A model generated the notes under the pieces. That model ran no database searches. It was not told where the DNA came from and worked only from the letters and a program-made list of their open reading frames with translations. A stretch of 64,000 nt of DNA. Source: an uncultured Gemmatimonadaceae bacterium. Its GTDB lineage: Bacteria > Gemmatimonadota > Gemmatimonadetes > Gemmatimonadales > GWC2-71-9. Position 1 is the first letter of the stretch, and every line of letters begins with the position of its first letter. Of the stretch, positions 8,421 through 17,848 are shown piece after piece. Made by a program: the position numbers and the translations under genes. The stretch covers positions 42 through 64,041 of the forward strand of contig CAZYIV010000009.1 of the NCBI GenBank assembly GCA_964647615.1, given 5' to 3'.

Positions 8421-10121
8421 GTGGGGATTGCCCCAGACCTCGACGATCCGCTCTGGTTCAAGGATGCCGTCATCTACGAGCTGCACGTCCGCGCCTTCCA
8501 GGACGGCAACCACGACGGCATCGGTGACTTCCCCGGCCTGCTCGAGCGGCTCGACTACCTGCAGGAACTGGGCGTCACCTGCCTCTGGCTGCTGCCCTTC
8601 TTCCCCTCGCCGCTGCGCGATGACGGCTACGACATCGCCGACTACACCGCGGTCCACCCGCAGTACGGCAACCTGGACGACTTCCGCCGCTTCCTCGATG
8701 CCGCGCACGAGCGCGGCATGCGGGTGATGATCGAGCTGGTCATCAACCACACCTCCGACCAGCACCCCTGGTTCCAGGCGGCGCGCCGGGCGCCCCCCGG
8801 CTCGCCCGAGCGCGACTTCTACGTCTGGAGCGACACCGACAGTCGCTACCCCGGGGTGCGGATCATCTTCACCGACACCGAGCAGTCCAACTGGACCTGG
8901 GACCCGGTGGCGGGGGCGTACTACTGGCACCGGTTCTTCTCCCACCAGCCCGACCTCAACTTCGACAACCCGAAGGTGCTGGCCGAGGTGATCCGGGTGA
9001 TGGGCTTCTGGCTGGACATGGGGGTGGACGCCCTGCGGCTGGACGCGATCCCCTACCTGTGCGAGCGGGAGGGCACCAGCTGCGAGAACCTCCCCGAAAC
9101 ACATGCGGTGATCCGGAAGATCCGCGCCGCGCTCGATGCGGTGTATCCCGGCCGCATGATCCTGGCGGAGGCCAATCAGTGGCCGGAGGATGTCTGCGCC
9201 TACTTCGGGCAGGGGGACGAGTGCCACATGGCGTTCCACTTCCCGCTGATGCCGCGGCTGTTCATGGCGCTCCGGCTGGAGGACCGGCACCCGGTGGTGG
9301 AGATCATGCAGCGCACCCCCGCCATTCCCGACGGCTGCCAGTGGGCGCTCTTCCTGCGGAACCATGACGAGCTCACGCTCGAGATGGTGACCGACGAGGA
9401 GCGGGACTATATGTACCAGGCCTACAGCGCCGACCCGCAGATGCGGATCAACGTCGGCATCCGGCGCCGGCTTGCCCCGCTGCTGGAGAACGGCCGCCGC
9501 CGGATCGAGCTGCTCAACAGCATCCTGCTCTCGTTCCCGGGGACGCCCATCCTCTACTACGGCGACGAGATCGGGATGGGCGACAACATCTACCTCGGCG
9601 ACCGCAACGGGGTCCGCACCCCGATGCAATGGAACGCCGACCGCAACGCCGGCTTCTCCCGCGCCGACCCCGCCCGGCTGTTCAGCCCGCTGGTGATGGA
9701 CCCGGTGTACGGCTACCCGGCGGTCAACGTGGAGAACCAGGTGGGCGAGCCCTCGAGCCTGCTCAACTGGACCCGGCACATGATCGCGCTCAGGCAGCTG
9801 TTCCGGGTGTTCGGGCGGGGCGGGATCGAGTTCCTGGCGCCGGCCAACCGCAAGGTGCTGGCGTACCTCCGGCGCTACGAGGACGAGGTGGTGCTCTGCG
9901 TGGCGAATCTCTCGCGCTTTGCGCAGCCGTGCGAGCTGGACCTCGCGGCGCTGAGCGGGATGATTCCCATCGAGATGCTGGGGTACGTGGAGTTCCCGCG
10001 GATCAACCGCGTGCCCTATCGGCTGACGCTCGGGCCGTACGGCTTCTTCTGGTTCGAGCTGCACGCGGATCGGCCGCCGGCGGATGCGGGGCGGGGGGAG
10101 GGGGCGGGGGGAGGGGCGTAG
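8421..10121 (+). CDS. treS: Trehalose synthase / maltose alpha-D-glucosyltransferase (GH13), without a fused maltokinase domain
   Basis: [80 protein letters not shown] at 8421 follows gggaggag. The track ORF start at 7173 was rejected. Confidence 0.92.
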   Translation: MGIAPDLDDPLWFKDAVIYELHVRAFQDGNHDGIGDFPGLLERLDYLQELGVTCLWLLPFFPSPLRDDGYDIADYTAVHPQYGNLDDFRRFLDAAHERGMRVMIELVINHTSDQHPWFQAARRAPPGSPERDFYVWSDTDSRYPGVRIIFTDTEQSNWTWDPVAGAYYWHRFFSHQPDLNFDNPKVLAEVIRVMGFWLDMGVDALRLDAIPYLCEREGTSCENLPETHAVIRKIRAALDAVYPGRMILAEANQWPEDVCAYFGQGDECHMAFHFPLMPRLFMALRLEDRHPVVEIMQRTPAIPDGCQWALFLRNHDELTLEMVTDEERDYMYQAYSADPQMRINVGIRRRLAPLLENGRRRIELLNSILLSFPGTPILYYGDEIGMGDNIYLGDRNGVRTPMQWNADRNAGFSRADPARLFSPLVMDPVYGYPAVNVENQVGEPSSLLNWTRHMIALRQLFRVFGRGGIEFLAPANRKVLAYLRRYEDEVVLCVANLSRFAQPCELDLAALSGMIPIEMLGYVEFPRINRVPYRLTLGPYGFFWFELHADRPPADAGRGEGAGGGA

Positions 10122-10136
10122 GCGCGGCGCTCGCTT

Positions 10137-10394
10137 CCCGCGGCTAAAGCCGCGGCTCGGCTACTGTCGCTGAAGCGACGCAAGCGTTTGGGTTCCCCGC
10201 AAGGCGACGCGTACGAGAGCTTTACATCTCTTTGGCGATAGATGCCGACGACCGAGCGGCCTTCAGGAGCCGCGAAGCGGCGACTCGGCCGCGAGGGAGA
10301 GCATGCTTCAGCCGCGGGACGAGTGGCTCGGGCGCGGAGCGCCGAGGGATTGCCACGGGCCCCCGGGCCGCCGCCCCTGCGTGCCCTCGCAATG
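10137..10394. repeat. Transposase-less composite REP element (short left-arm unit plus right-arm units)
   Basis: 10137-10179 cccgcggctaaagccgcggctcggctactgtcgctgaagcgac is left-arm type. 10235-10394 gcgatagatgccgacgaccgagcgg...gagggagagcatgcttcagccgcgggacgag...gggattgccacgggc...gtgccctcgcaatg is right-arm type. Confidence 0.8.
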
Positions 10395-10523
10395 CCGCGT
10401 CGGGCCGACCTTCCCACTCCTGTTTCAGGCGTGAACCACCGCCCCCGCCGCTGTTGCGCCCTTGTACCACTTCCTATCTTGGGGCGAGATCCCGACCGTT
10501 CCACGCCACCGCAGGATTCGTCC

Positions 10524-10994
10524 ATGCGCCGCACCCTCTCCCTGGCCCTCGGGGCCACGCTGCTCCTCGCCGCCTGCAAGGATCGGGGGATGCCGATCCC
10601 CACCGAGCCGGCCGCGAACCCGAGTACGACGTCCTTCCAGCCCCATCCCGGGGTGGACACCAGCACCACCCCCGGCTTCCCCAGCGCGGTGACCATCCAG
10701 GGGGTGGTGTACCGCACCGGCAGCGGCATCCCGACCGACACCGGCGTGGTCAGCACCAGGCCGCCGGTGCCGGGCGTGACCGTGCGCTTCCTCCGCAACC
10801 TGCTGGTCAATGGGCAGGCGACGCAGCAGGAGCTGGGGCGGGTGACCAGCGGGGCGCAGGGGGAGTTCGGGCTGAGCGGGCTGCCCGGCGGGTACTATGT
10901 CGTGGAGGGGCTCGACGCGAACGGGGCCGTGATCAACTACCAGCTGGTAGCGACCACGGCCCCGGTGACCTCGACCTCGATCTGGGTGCCCTGA
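10524..10994 (+). CDS. Lipoprotein with a carboxypeptidase-regulatory-like (Ig-like beta-sandwich) domain
   Basis: Signal peptide plus lipobox MRRTLSLALGATLLLAAC. GEFGLSGLPGGYYVVEG resembles CarboxypepD_reg-type domains. Confidence 0.6.
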   Translation: MRRTLSLALGATLLLAACKDRGMPIPTEPAANPSTTSFQPHPGVDTSTTPGFPSAVTIQGVVYRTGSGIPTDTGVVSTRPPVPGVTVRFLRNLLVNGQATQQELGRVTSGAQGEFGLSGLPGGYYVVEGLDANGAVINYQLVATTAPVTSTSIWVP

Positions 10995-10995
10995 G

Positions 10996-11259
10996 TCAGG
11001 CCTGCGCGGAGACGGGACCGGCGCCGCCCGCGGGCGGTGCCTGTCCCGCGCCGCGCCAGGCGGTCCACGCGGCGACGCTCGCCACCAGGATGTTCGCCGC
11101 GATGATCGGCGGCGCCTTGATCACCACCCCGTAGCTGATCCACACCAGCGCCGCCACCGCCTGCACCCGGCGCAGCACCCGCGGGTCGCGGCAGAAGTAG
11201 CTGGCAACGGTGAGCGCCGTCGCGCCCCACCCGATCCCCTGCAGCATGTCAGCGCCCAT
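10996..11259 (-). CDS. Small membrane protein (2-3 TM helices), function unknown
   Basis: 87 aa and hydrophobic ([13 protein letters not shown]..., [29 protein letters not shown]). It overlaps the upstream HAD gene stop by 11 nt, consistent with an operon. Confidence 0.5.
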   Translation of the reverse strand: MGADMLQGIGWGATALTVASYFCRDPRVLRRVQAVAALVWISYGVVIKAPPIIAANILVASVAAWTAWRGAGQAPPAGGAGPVSAQA

Positions 11260-12049
11260 CGGCTCCGGCCCCCGCGGTCTCGCGGATGGTGAGGGTGTCG
11301 GTGCGGACCTTGTCCCACTCCTGCAGCACCAGCCCGTGGCGCTCGAACAGTGCCCGGATCGCCAGCGGGCTCCAGCCCACGATCTCCTCGAGGATCGGCA
11401 CCAGCACGCTCAGCGCGTTGTCGGAGAGCACCGTGCGCCGCGCGATCGGCGAGAGGTACGGGTTCTCCGACACCGCGATGGTGAGCCCGTCCAGCCGGTT
11501 GACGTGCAGCATCACGTGCACGTCCGAACTGCCGTCGCCGATGTACACCACCTGGTCCCGCCCGATCGGCAGCCGGCGCCGCAGCTCCTCCAGCACCGCC
11601 ACCTTGCCGTAGCCCGCCGCCACCCGCTCGATCGAGGTGATCTCGCCGGTCGCGTCGTCGTAGCGGAACCGGGTGCCATGAATGCGCTCCGCCGGGACGA
11701 TCCCCTCCAGCGCCGACTGCACCACCTCTTCCGGCGCGGCCGAGATCACGAAATAGTCGAACCGGAAGCCATGCAGGTCGTGCAGCAGCTCGAACAGCAG
11801 CGGGATGTTGTGCCGCAGCCGCACCCGCTTGCCCGCCTCGATGAGATCGGCCCGGCGCACCCGGCGGTATTCCGGGTCGTGCAGCAGCAGGTACGCCAGC
11901 TCGGCGCCCTGCTGCACCAGGTGGATATCCGCGAGCCCCGCGATCCGGTCGCGGAAGTCGGGGATACCGAGCATCTCGCTCAGGATCTGGCCCGAGTCGT
12001 TGAAGCTCAGCGTCTGGTCGAAGTCGGTCGCGAGCAGGTACTCCTTCAT
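11249..12049 (-). CDS. HAD-superfamily hydrolase (subfamily IB / phosphoserine-phosphatase-like)
   Basis: Motif [10 protein letters not shown] (DxD) and motif [10 protein letters not shown]. Confidence 0.75.
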   Translation of the reverse strand: MKEYLLATDFDQTLSFNDSGQILSEMLGIPDFRDRIAGLADIHLVQQGAELAYLLLHDPEYRRVRRADLIEAGKRVRLRHNIPLLFELLHDLHGFRFDYFVISAAPEEVVQSALEGIVPAERIHGTRFRYDDATGEITSIERVAAGYGKVAVLEELRRRLPIGRDQVVYIGDGSSDVHVMLHVNRLDGLTIAVSENPYLSPIARRTVLSDNALSVLVPILEEIVGWSPLAIRALFERHGLVLQEWDKVRTDTLTIRETAGAGADGR

Positions 12050-12335
12050 GCAGTCCGCCTCCGGCGCCCGCCGGGATGAATGGTCACCGGGAAAGCTAGT
12101 GCCCGGGGCATTCCGACTGCAGTGGGGTGGATGCGTAACTTCTTGCGCCTGACGTACTTGTTACTTCATGGCATTCCTGTCCGGAGTGGAAATCGCACCC
12201 GCGGATGGTGATCCAGGTCGCATGACCCCCTTTCTATATAGAGTGTGGCGTCCCGGCGCCCGGCCGTAACGAAGGACTCATCCTCCCCGCTTCACCCCGA
12301 CTTCATGATCCCGATCCCATCCTCGTCTTACCGGA

Positions 12336-12353
12336 GAATTCCCCGCGGAATTC
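12336..12353. promoter_or_regulatory. Inverted repeat GAATTCC-ccgc-GGAATTC in the long leader upstream of the oxidoreductase operon (candidate operator or hairpin)
   Basis: Perfect 7-bp arms lie inside a 427-bp intergenic region of visibly lower GC, which also contains tttctatatagag (12231-12243). Confidence 0.2.
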
Positions 12354-12476
12354 ATTCCGGACTGTTTCCGCCCGGCCGGAGTCTGTCCCGGCCACCGGCG
12401 ATCGGCGGCTGGCGGCGCACTCCTCCCGGGTGATGCTGGCGCGGTGCTCCCGCACCCCCTCACCCGAGGGCCACCC

Positions 12477-13889
12477 ATGTCGCTCGCTCATCCCGAGATG
12501 GTCCCCAATGGCCTGGTGCCACCCCAGGCCGCACGCCTCTTCACCGAACTGAAGCCCGCGCTCGACGACGACCAGGCCCGGCTCGAGGCCGATCGCTGCC
12601 TGGTCTGCGGCAGCGGCACCACGCCGGCGCCCTGCGCCACCGCCTGCCCGGCGCTGGTGGACGTGCCGCACTTCGTGGACGCCGTTGCCCATGGCGACTG
12701 GGAGTCCGCCGCGGAACTCATCTTCCGCTCCAACCTGCTCGGCGCGAGCTGCGCCCGGGTCTGCCCCACCGAGGAGCTGTGCGAGGGCGCCTGCGTGCTC
12801 ACCCGCCAGGGCCGGCGGCCGATCGAGATCGGCCGGCTGCAGCGCTACGCCACCGACCACGCGCTCGAGAACCCCTGGTCCGCCTTCCGCACCCCCGCGC
12901 CGCCGACCGGCAAGAAGGTGCTGGTGATCGGCGCCGGGCCCGCCGGGCTGGTGTGCGCCGGCGAGCTGGCGCTGCTCGGCCATCACGTCACCATCTACGA
13001 GGCACGGCCCGAGACCGGCGGGCTGGTGCGCCACGCCATCGCGCCCTACCGCCTGGACCAGGAGCCGCTGGCCGACGAGGTCCGCCGCATCCTCTCCCTC
13101 GGGGTCGAGCTGTACCTCGGCCGGCCGGTGGACACCCCCGCCGCCCTGGCCCGCCTCGAGGATGAGGCCGACGCGATCTTCCTCGGCATCGGCATGGGGA
13201 AGGACGTGGCGCAGCCGTACCCGGGCGACCAGCTGCCCGGGGTGTGGAACTCGCTCGACTTCATCGAGGCGATCAAGCTGCGCCACATGACCGAGGTCGG
13301 CCGCCGGGTCGCGGTGATCGGTGGCGGCAACACCGCGATCGACGTCGCCCGCGAGGCGGCGCGGCTCGGCGCAGAGGACGTCCGGATCCTCTACCGCCGC
13401 ACCGAGGCGGAGATGCCGGCGTTCCGGTTCGAGGTCGAGGGGGCGCGGGAGGACGGGGTGCAGTTCGAGTGGCTCACCAACCCCGTCGGCATCACCGGCG
13501 AGGACCGGGTGACCGGGGTGATCTGCCAGCGGATGCAGCTGGGCGAGCCCGATGCCTCGGGCCGCGCGCGGCCGGTGCCGCAGAAGGGCTCGGAGTTCGT
13601 GCTGCCGGTGGACACCGTCATCCGCGCCATCGGCCAGGCGCCGCGGCTGGAGTTCCTGGAGTGGATCGCCGGGCTCGAGCTGAAGGGCGGCCGGCCGGTG
13701 GTGGATCCCGGCACCGGGCAGACCACCAACCCGAAGTACTTCGCCGGCGGCGACGTGCTGAACGGCGGCGGCACGGTGGTGGCCGCCGTCGGCGCCGCCA
13801 AGCGCGCCGCGCTCGGCATCGATGCCTACCTGCGGGCGGTGGACGATCCCGACCCCGGGGAACCGGTGGACGCGCAGGAGGTCTCGTGA
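12477..13889 (+). CDS. NAD(P)H-dependent FAD/Fe-S oxidoreductase, glutamate synthase small-subunit (GltD)/PreT-like
   Basis: N-terminal Cys clusters (CLVCGSG...CATACP, CARVCPTEELCEGAC). Rossmann motifs VLVIGAGPAGLVCAGELA and VAVIGGGNTAIDVA. Confidence 0.85.
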   Translation: MSLAHPEMVPNGLVPPQAARLFTELKPALDDDQARLEADRCLVCGSGTTPAPCATACPALVDVPHFVDAVAHGDWESAAELIFRSNLLGASCARVCPTEELCEGACVLTRQGRRPIEIGRLQRYATDHALENPWSAFRTPAPPTGKKVLVIGAGPAGLVCAGELALLGHHVTIYEARPETGGLVRHAIAPYRLDQEPLADEVRRILSLGVELYLGRPVDTPAALARLEDEADAIFLGIGMGKDVAQPYPGDQLPGVWNSLDFIEAIKLRHMTEVGRRVAVIGGGNTAIDVAREAARLGAEDVRILYRRTEAEMPAFRFEVEGAREDGVQFEWLTNPVGITGEDRVTGVICQRMQLGEPDASGRARPVPQKGSEFVLPVDTVIRAIGQAPRLEFLEWIAGLELKGGRPVVDPGTGQTTNPKYFAGGDVLNGGGTVVAAVGAAKRAALGIDAYLRAVDDPDPGEPVDAQEVS

Positions 13890-14158
13890 ACCCCGGCACC
13901 GTCCGCTACGTGCAGGGGGGCGCCGCCCTCCTGGTGCACCGCAACTACTGCAAGGGCTGCCGCATCTGCGTCACCGACTGCCCGGAGCACATCCTCCGGC
14001 TGGACGAGCACGCCGTCGCGGTGGTGACCGAGATGGAGAAGTGCGTCTTCTGCGGGATCTGCGCGGTGCGCTGCCCCGACTTCGCCATCGCGCTGGAACG
14101 CCCCTCGCCCACCTACGCCGGACCCACGCACGACCCCGGAGGGATGGCATGCGCCTGA
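13886..14158 (+). CDS. 2x[4Fe-4S] ferredoxin-type subunit (OFOR delta-like)
   Basis: CKGCRICVTDCP and CVFCGICAVRCP. The GTG start overlaps the upstream stop (GTGA). Confidence 0.8.
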   Translation: MNPGTVRYVQGGAALLVHRNYCKGCRICVTDCPEHILRLDEHAVAVVTEMEKCVFCGICAVRCPDFAIALERPSPTYAGPTHDPGGMACA

Positions 14159-15318
14159 TCCAGGGCAATGAGGCCTGCGCCCTCGGGGCGCTCCACGCCG
14201 GGTGCAGCTTCTACGCCGGCTATCCCATCACGCCCGCCTCCGAGATCATGGAGCACATGGCGCGGCTCCTCCCCGCGCGGCACGGCGTGTTCGTCCAGAT
14301 GGAAGACGAGATCGGCGCGATGGCCGCGGTGATCGGCGCCGCCTGGGGCGGCGCCAAGGCGATGACCGCGACCTCCGGCCCCGGCTTCTCGCTGATGCAG
14401 GAGAACCTGGGCTACGCCGCCATGACCGACACCCCCTGCGTGGTGGTGGACAGCCAGCGGATGGGCCCGAGCACCGGCCTCCCCACGCTTCCGTCGCAGG
14501 GAGACGTGATGCAGGCGCGCTGGGGCAGCCACGGCGACCGGCCCGGCGTGACCCTGACTGCCAGCTCGGTCGCCGCGGTGTACGAGGTGACGGTCGCCGC
14601 GTTCAATATCGCCGAGCGCTACCGGGTCCCGGTGGTGCTGCTGCTCGACGCGCTGGTCTCCCACATGCGGGAGGGGGTGGAGCTGCCGGACCTGCCGGTG
14701 GTGACCCGCCAGGCCCCCGCCGACCCGGCGAGCTTCCGTCCGTTCGGGAGCGCGGAGTTCATGCCGCTCGGTGCCGGGAAGCCGATCGTCGTCACCGGGC
14801 TGGCCCACGCCGAGTCGGGCCTGCCCCGTGCCGCCGACGGCGCCAACGCCGAGCGGATGCTGCGCCGGGCGATGGACCGGATCACCGCCGGCAGCGAGGA
14901 GATCCTCCGGACCCGGGAGTTCGGGCTGGAGGATGCGGAGATCGGCATCATCGCCTACGGGCTGAGCGCCCGCCCGGCGCGCGGGGCGGTGCTCGAGCTC
15001 CGGGCGGAGGGGATCCGGGCCGGGCTGCTGGAGCTGGAGACGCTGTGGCCGCTGCCCGCGGCCGCGATCCGTGACCTGGCGGAGCGCACCCGGCTGCTGG
15101 TGGTGCCGGAGGTGAACCTGGGCCAGCTGGTGCTGGAGATCCGCGCCACCGTGGAGGGACGCACGCCGGTGCTCCCGATCAACCGGGTGGACGGGCTGGT
15201 GTTCCCGCCGGGCGAGATCGCGGCCGCGATCCGCCGCGCCGACAGCCGCACGCTGGTGCCGGTCGCGGCCCCGGCCGAACCGTCGCTCCTGGAGGTGTCG
15301 CATGCCGCGCATGGGTGA
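14149..15318 (+). CDS. 2-oxoacid:ferredoxin oxidoreductase alpha subunit
   Basis: MRLIQGNEACALGALHAGCSFYAGYPITPASEI, EDEIGAMAAVIGAAWGGAKAMTATSGPGFSLM. Confidence 0.88.
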   Translation: MRLIQGNEACALGALHAGCSFYAGYPITPASEIMEHMARLLPARHGVFVQMEDEIGAMAAVIGAAWGGAKAMTATSGPGFSLMQENLGYAAMTDTPCVVVDSQRMGPSTGLPTLPSQGDVMQARWGSHGDRPGVTLTASSVAAVYEVTVAAFNIAERYRVPVVLLLDALVSHMREGVELPDLPVVTRQAPADPASFRPFGSAEFMPLGAGKPIVVTGLAHAESGLPRAADGANAERMLRRAMDRITAGSEEILRTREFGLEDAEIGIIAYGLSARPARGAVLELRAEGIRAGLLELETLWPLPAAAIRDLAERTRLLVVPEVNLGQLVLEIRATVEGRTPVLPINRVDGLVFPPGEIAAAIRRADSRTLVPVAAPAEPSLLEVSHAAHG

Positions 15319-16705
15319 GGACCTCCGGCAGTACCTGCGGGAGGAGCTGATGCCGGGCGTCTGGTGCCCCGGCTGTGGCCACGGCAACGTGCTGCGCGGC
15401 ATCGCGACGGCGCTGGACCGGCTGCACCGCAAGCTGGACGAGGTGGTCTGCGTCGGGGGGATCGGCTGCGCCGGGCGCTCGCCCTTCTACCTCAACACCT
15501 CCTCGATGCATACCACCCACGGGCGGGCGCTGGCGTTCGCGACCGGGCTCAAGACCGCGCGGCCCGACCTCACGGTGCTGGTGACGATGGGTGACGGCGA
15601 CGCCGCGGCGATCGGCGGCAACCACTTCATCCACGCCTGCCGCCGGAACCTCGACCTGACGGCGATCGTCTACAACAACTCCACCTACGGCATGACCGGC
15701 GGCCAGCAGGCGCCGACGATGGCGACCGGCATGCGCTCCACCACCACGCCACTGGGCAGCATCGAGCCGCCCTTCGACCTGGTGGAACTGGCCCGCGCCG
15801 CCGGCGCCAGCTACGTGGCCCGCACCACCACCTTCGACTTCGAGGAGCTGCCGCAGTACATCGCCGAGGCGATCGCGCATCCGGGGTTCGCGGTGGTGGA
15901 GGTGCTGACCCAGTGCCCGACCTACTTCGGGCGGCTCAACCACATCGGCGACCCGGCCACGATGCTGGACTATGAGCGGGACCTGACCTACCCGGTGGAC
16001 CCGATGACCCGGGACCAGGTGGCGGGACGGATCCCGGTGGGCCGGTTCCGGCAGGAGGTGCGCCCCGAGTACACCCGGCGCTACGCCGAGCTGTGCGACC
16101 GGGCCGCCACCGCACCTGGTGATGCGGCGCGGGACGATGCGCGGTTCGAGCCGGGGCAGGAGGCGCTCCCCCGCGACCCCTTCGAGGTGCGGTTCTCCGG
16201 GGAAGGCGGTCAGGGAGTGATCCTGGCGGGCGTGCTGCTGGCCGACGCGGCCGCGAGTGAGGGCCGCGAGGTGGTGCAGACCCAGAGCTATGGCCCCGAG
16301 GCCCGTGGCGGTGCCTGCAAGTGCGAGGTGATCGTGAGCGGGCACGAAGTCGCCTTCCCGGAGGTGGAGCTGCCGGATGCGGTGGTGTGCCTCTCCGAGG
16401 AGTCGGTGCGGAAGTACACCGCGGTGCGCCCCGGCGGGCTCCGGCTGGTGGATGCCCGGGCGCTGCACGACCAGCCCACGGGGCCGGCGGATGTGGTGCT
16501 GCCGCTGGCACGGACGGCGGCGGAGGCGGGCGGGGAGCTGGCGGTGAACGTGGTGGCGCTGGGTGCGCTGGCGGCGCTCACGGGCGTGGTCACGCGAGAG
16601 TCCCTGGCCGAGGCGCTCAGGCGCCGGCTCAAGCCGGATCTGGTGGCACTCAACCTCCGGGCGCTGGAGGCCGGGTTCCAGCTGGGCGCGCGGCAGCCGG
16701 CGTAG
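15302..16705 (+). CDS. 2-oxoacid:ferredoxin oxidoreductase beta subunit (TPP-binding) fused to a gamma-subunit domain
   Basis: N-terminal WCPGCGHG and GDGDAAAIGGNHF (TPP motif). C-terminal FSGEGGQGVILAGVLLADAAASEGREVVQTQSYGPEARGG is typical of the gamma subunit. Confidence 0.85.
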   Translation: MPRMGEDLRQYLREELMPGVWCPGCGHGNVLRGIATALDRLHRKLDEVVCVGGIGCAGRSPFYLNTSSMHTTHGRALAFATGLKTARPDLTVLVTMGDGDAAAIGGNHFIHACRRNLDLTAIVYNNSTYGMTGGQQAPTMATGMRSTTTPLGSIEPPFDLVELARAAGASYVARTTTFDFEELPQYIAEAIAHPGFAVVEVLTQCPTYFGRLNHIGDPATMLDYERDLTYPVDPMTRDQVAGRIPVGRFRQEVRPEYTRRYAELCDRAATAPGDAARDDARFEPGQEALPRDPFEVRFSGEGGQGVILAGVLLADAAASEGREVVQTQSYGPEARGGACKCEVIVSGHEVAFPEVELPDAVVCLSEESVRKYTAVRPGGLRLVDARALHDQPTGPADVVLPLARTAAEAGGELAVNVVALGALAALTGVVTRESLAEALRRRLKPDLVALNLRALEAGFQLGARQPA

Positions 16706-16732
16706 GCGCGGGCCTGGCGGCGGCCCATTAGA

Positions 16733-17776
16733 ATGGAGGGGTCCCTCCCGGCCAGGAGCCGCCCCTCCGTGTCCTACACCCCCGCCGCCACCCGCTACGA
16801 CGCGCCGGAGTTCTACCGCCGCGCCGGCCGGTCCGGGTTGCGCCTGCCCGCGATCGCCCTCGGCCTGTGGCACAACTTCGGGGCGCCCGATGCTCCGGAT
16901 ACGGCGCGCGCCATGCTGCGCCGCGCCTTCGACCTCGGCATCACCCACTTCGACCTCGCCAACAATTACGGGCCCCCCGAGGGTGCCGCCGAAGAGACCT
17001 TCGGCCGGGTGCTGCGGGAGGACCTGCATCCGTGGCGCGACGAGCTCATCATTTCCACCAAGGCCGGCTACTACATGTGGCCCGGGCCGTACGGGGAGTG
17101 GGGCTCGCGGAAGGGGCTGCTCGCGTCGCTGGACCAGTCGCTGCGCCGGATGGGGCTGGCGTACGTGGACATCTTCTACTCCCACCGCTACGACCCCGAC
17201 ACCCCGCTCGAGGAGACGATGGGCGCGCTGGCGCAGGCGGTGCGGAGCGGGCGGGCGCTGTACGCCGGGATCTCCAACTACCCGCCGGCGGAGACCACCC
17301 GGGCGGCGGCGCTGCTCCGCGACCTCGGCACCCCGTGCGTGGTGCACCAGCCGCGCTACAGCATGCTGGAGCGGGGGCCGGAGCAGGGGCTCTTCCCGGT
17401 GCTCCGGGCGGAGGGGATCGGCGCGGTGGTGTACTCACCGCTGGCCAAGGGGCTGCTCACCGACCGCTACTTCCAGGGCATCCCGCCCGATTCCCGCGCC
17501 GGGCACGACCCGCGGTTCCTCACCCCGGCCCAGGTGACGCCGGCGGTGCTGGGGCTGGCCCGCCAGCTCAACGAGGTGGCCCAGGCCCGGGGGCAGACCC
17601 TGGCCCAGCTGGCGCTGGCCTGGGTGCTGCGGCAGCCGGTGGTGACCAGCGCGATCATCGGCGCCAGCAAGGTGCAGCAGGTCGACGACGGGGTGGCCGC
17701 CGCCCGTCAGCTGCACTTCACCGCCGAGGAGCTGGCGCGGATCGACCGCCTCCTGGGCGCGCGCCCGGTCAACTAG
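16733..17776 (+). CDS. Aldo/keto reductase (YghZ / L-glyceraldehyde-3-phosphate reductase-like)
   Basis: YRRAGRSGLRLPAIALGLWHNFG, FDLANNYGPPEG, VDIFYSHRYDPDTPLEETMGAL. 347 aa. Confidence 0.85.
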   Translation: MEGSLPARSRPSVSYTPAATRYDAPEFYRRAGRSGLRLPAIALGLWHNFGAPDAPDTARAMLRRAFDLGITHFDLANNYGPPEGAAEETFGRVLREDLHPWRDELIISTKAGYYMWPGPYGEWGSRKGLLASLDQSLRRMGLAYVDIFYSHRYDPDTPLEETMGALAQAVRSGRALYAGISNYPPAETTRAAALLRDLGTPCVVHQPRYSMLERGPEQGLFPVLRAEGIGAVVYSPLAKGLLTDRYFQGIPPDSRAGHDPRFLTPAQVTPAVLGLARQLNEVAQARGQTLAQLALAWVLRQPVVTSAIIGASKVQQVDDGVAAARQLHFTAEELARIDRLLGARPVN

Positions 17777-17848
17777 CCCCGGCGCGACGGCTCCCGCATC
17801 TTGCGGCGCGTCCGCACTCGTCCGTTCCTCGACCTCCGGGATTCCCCC

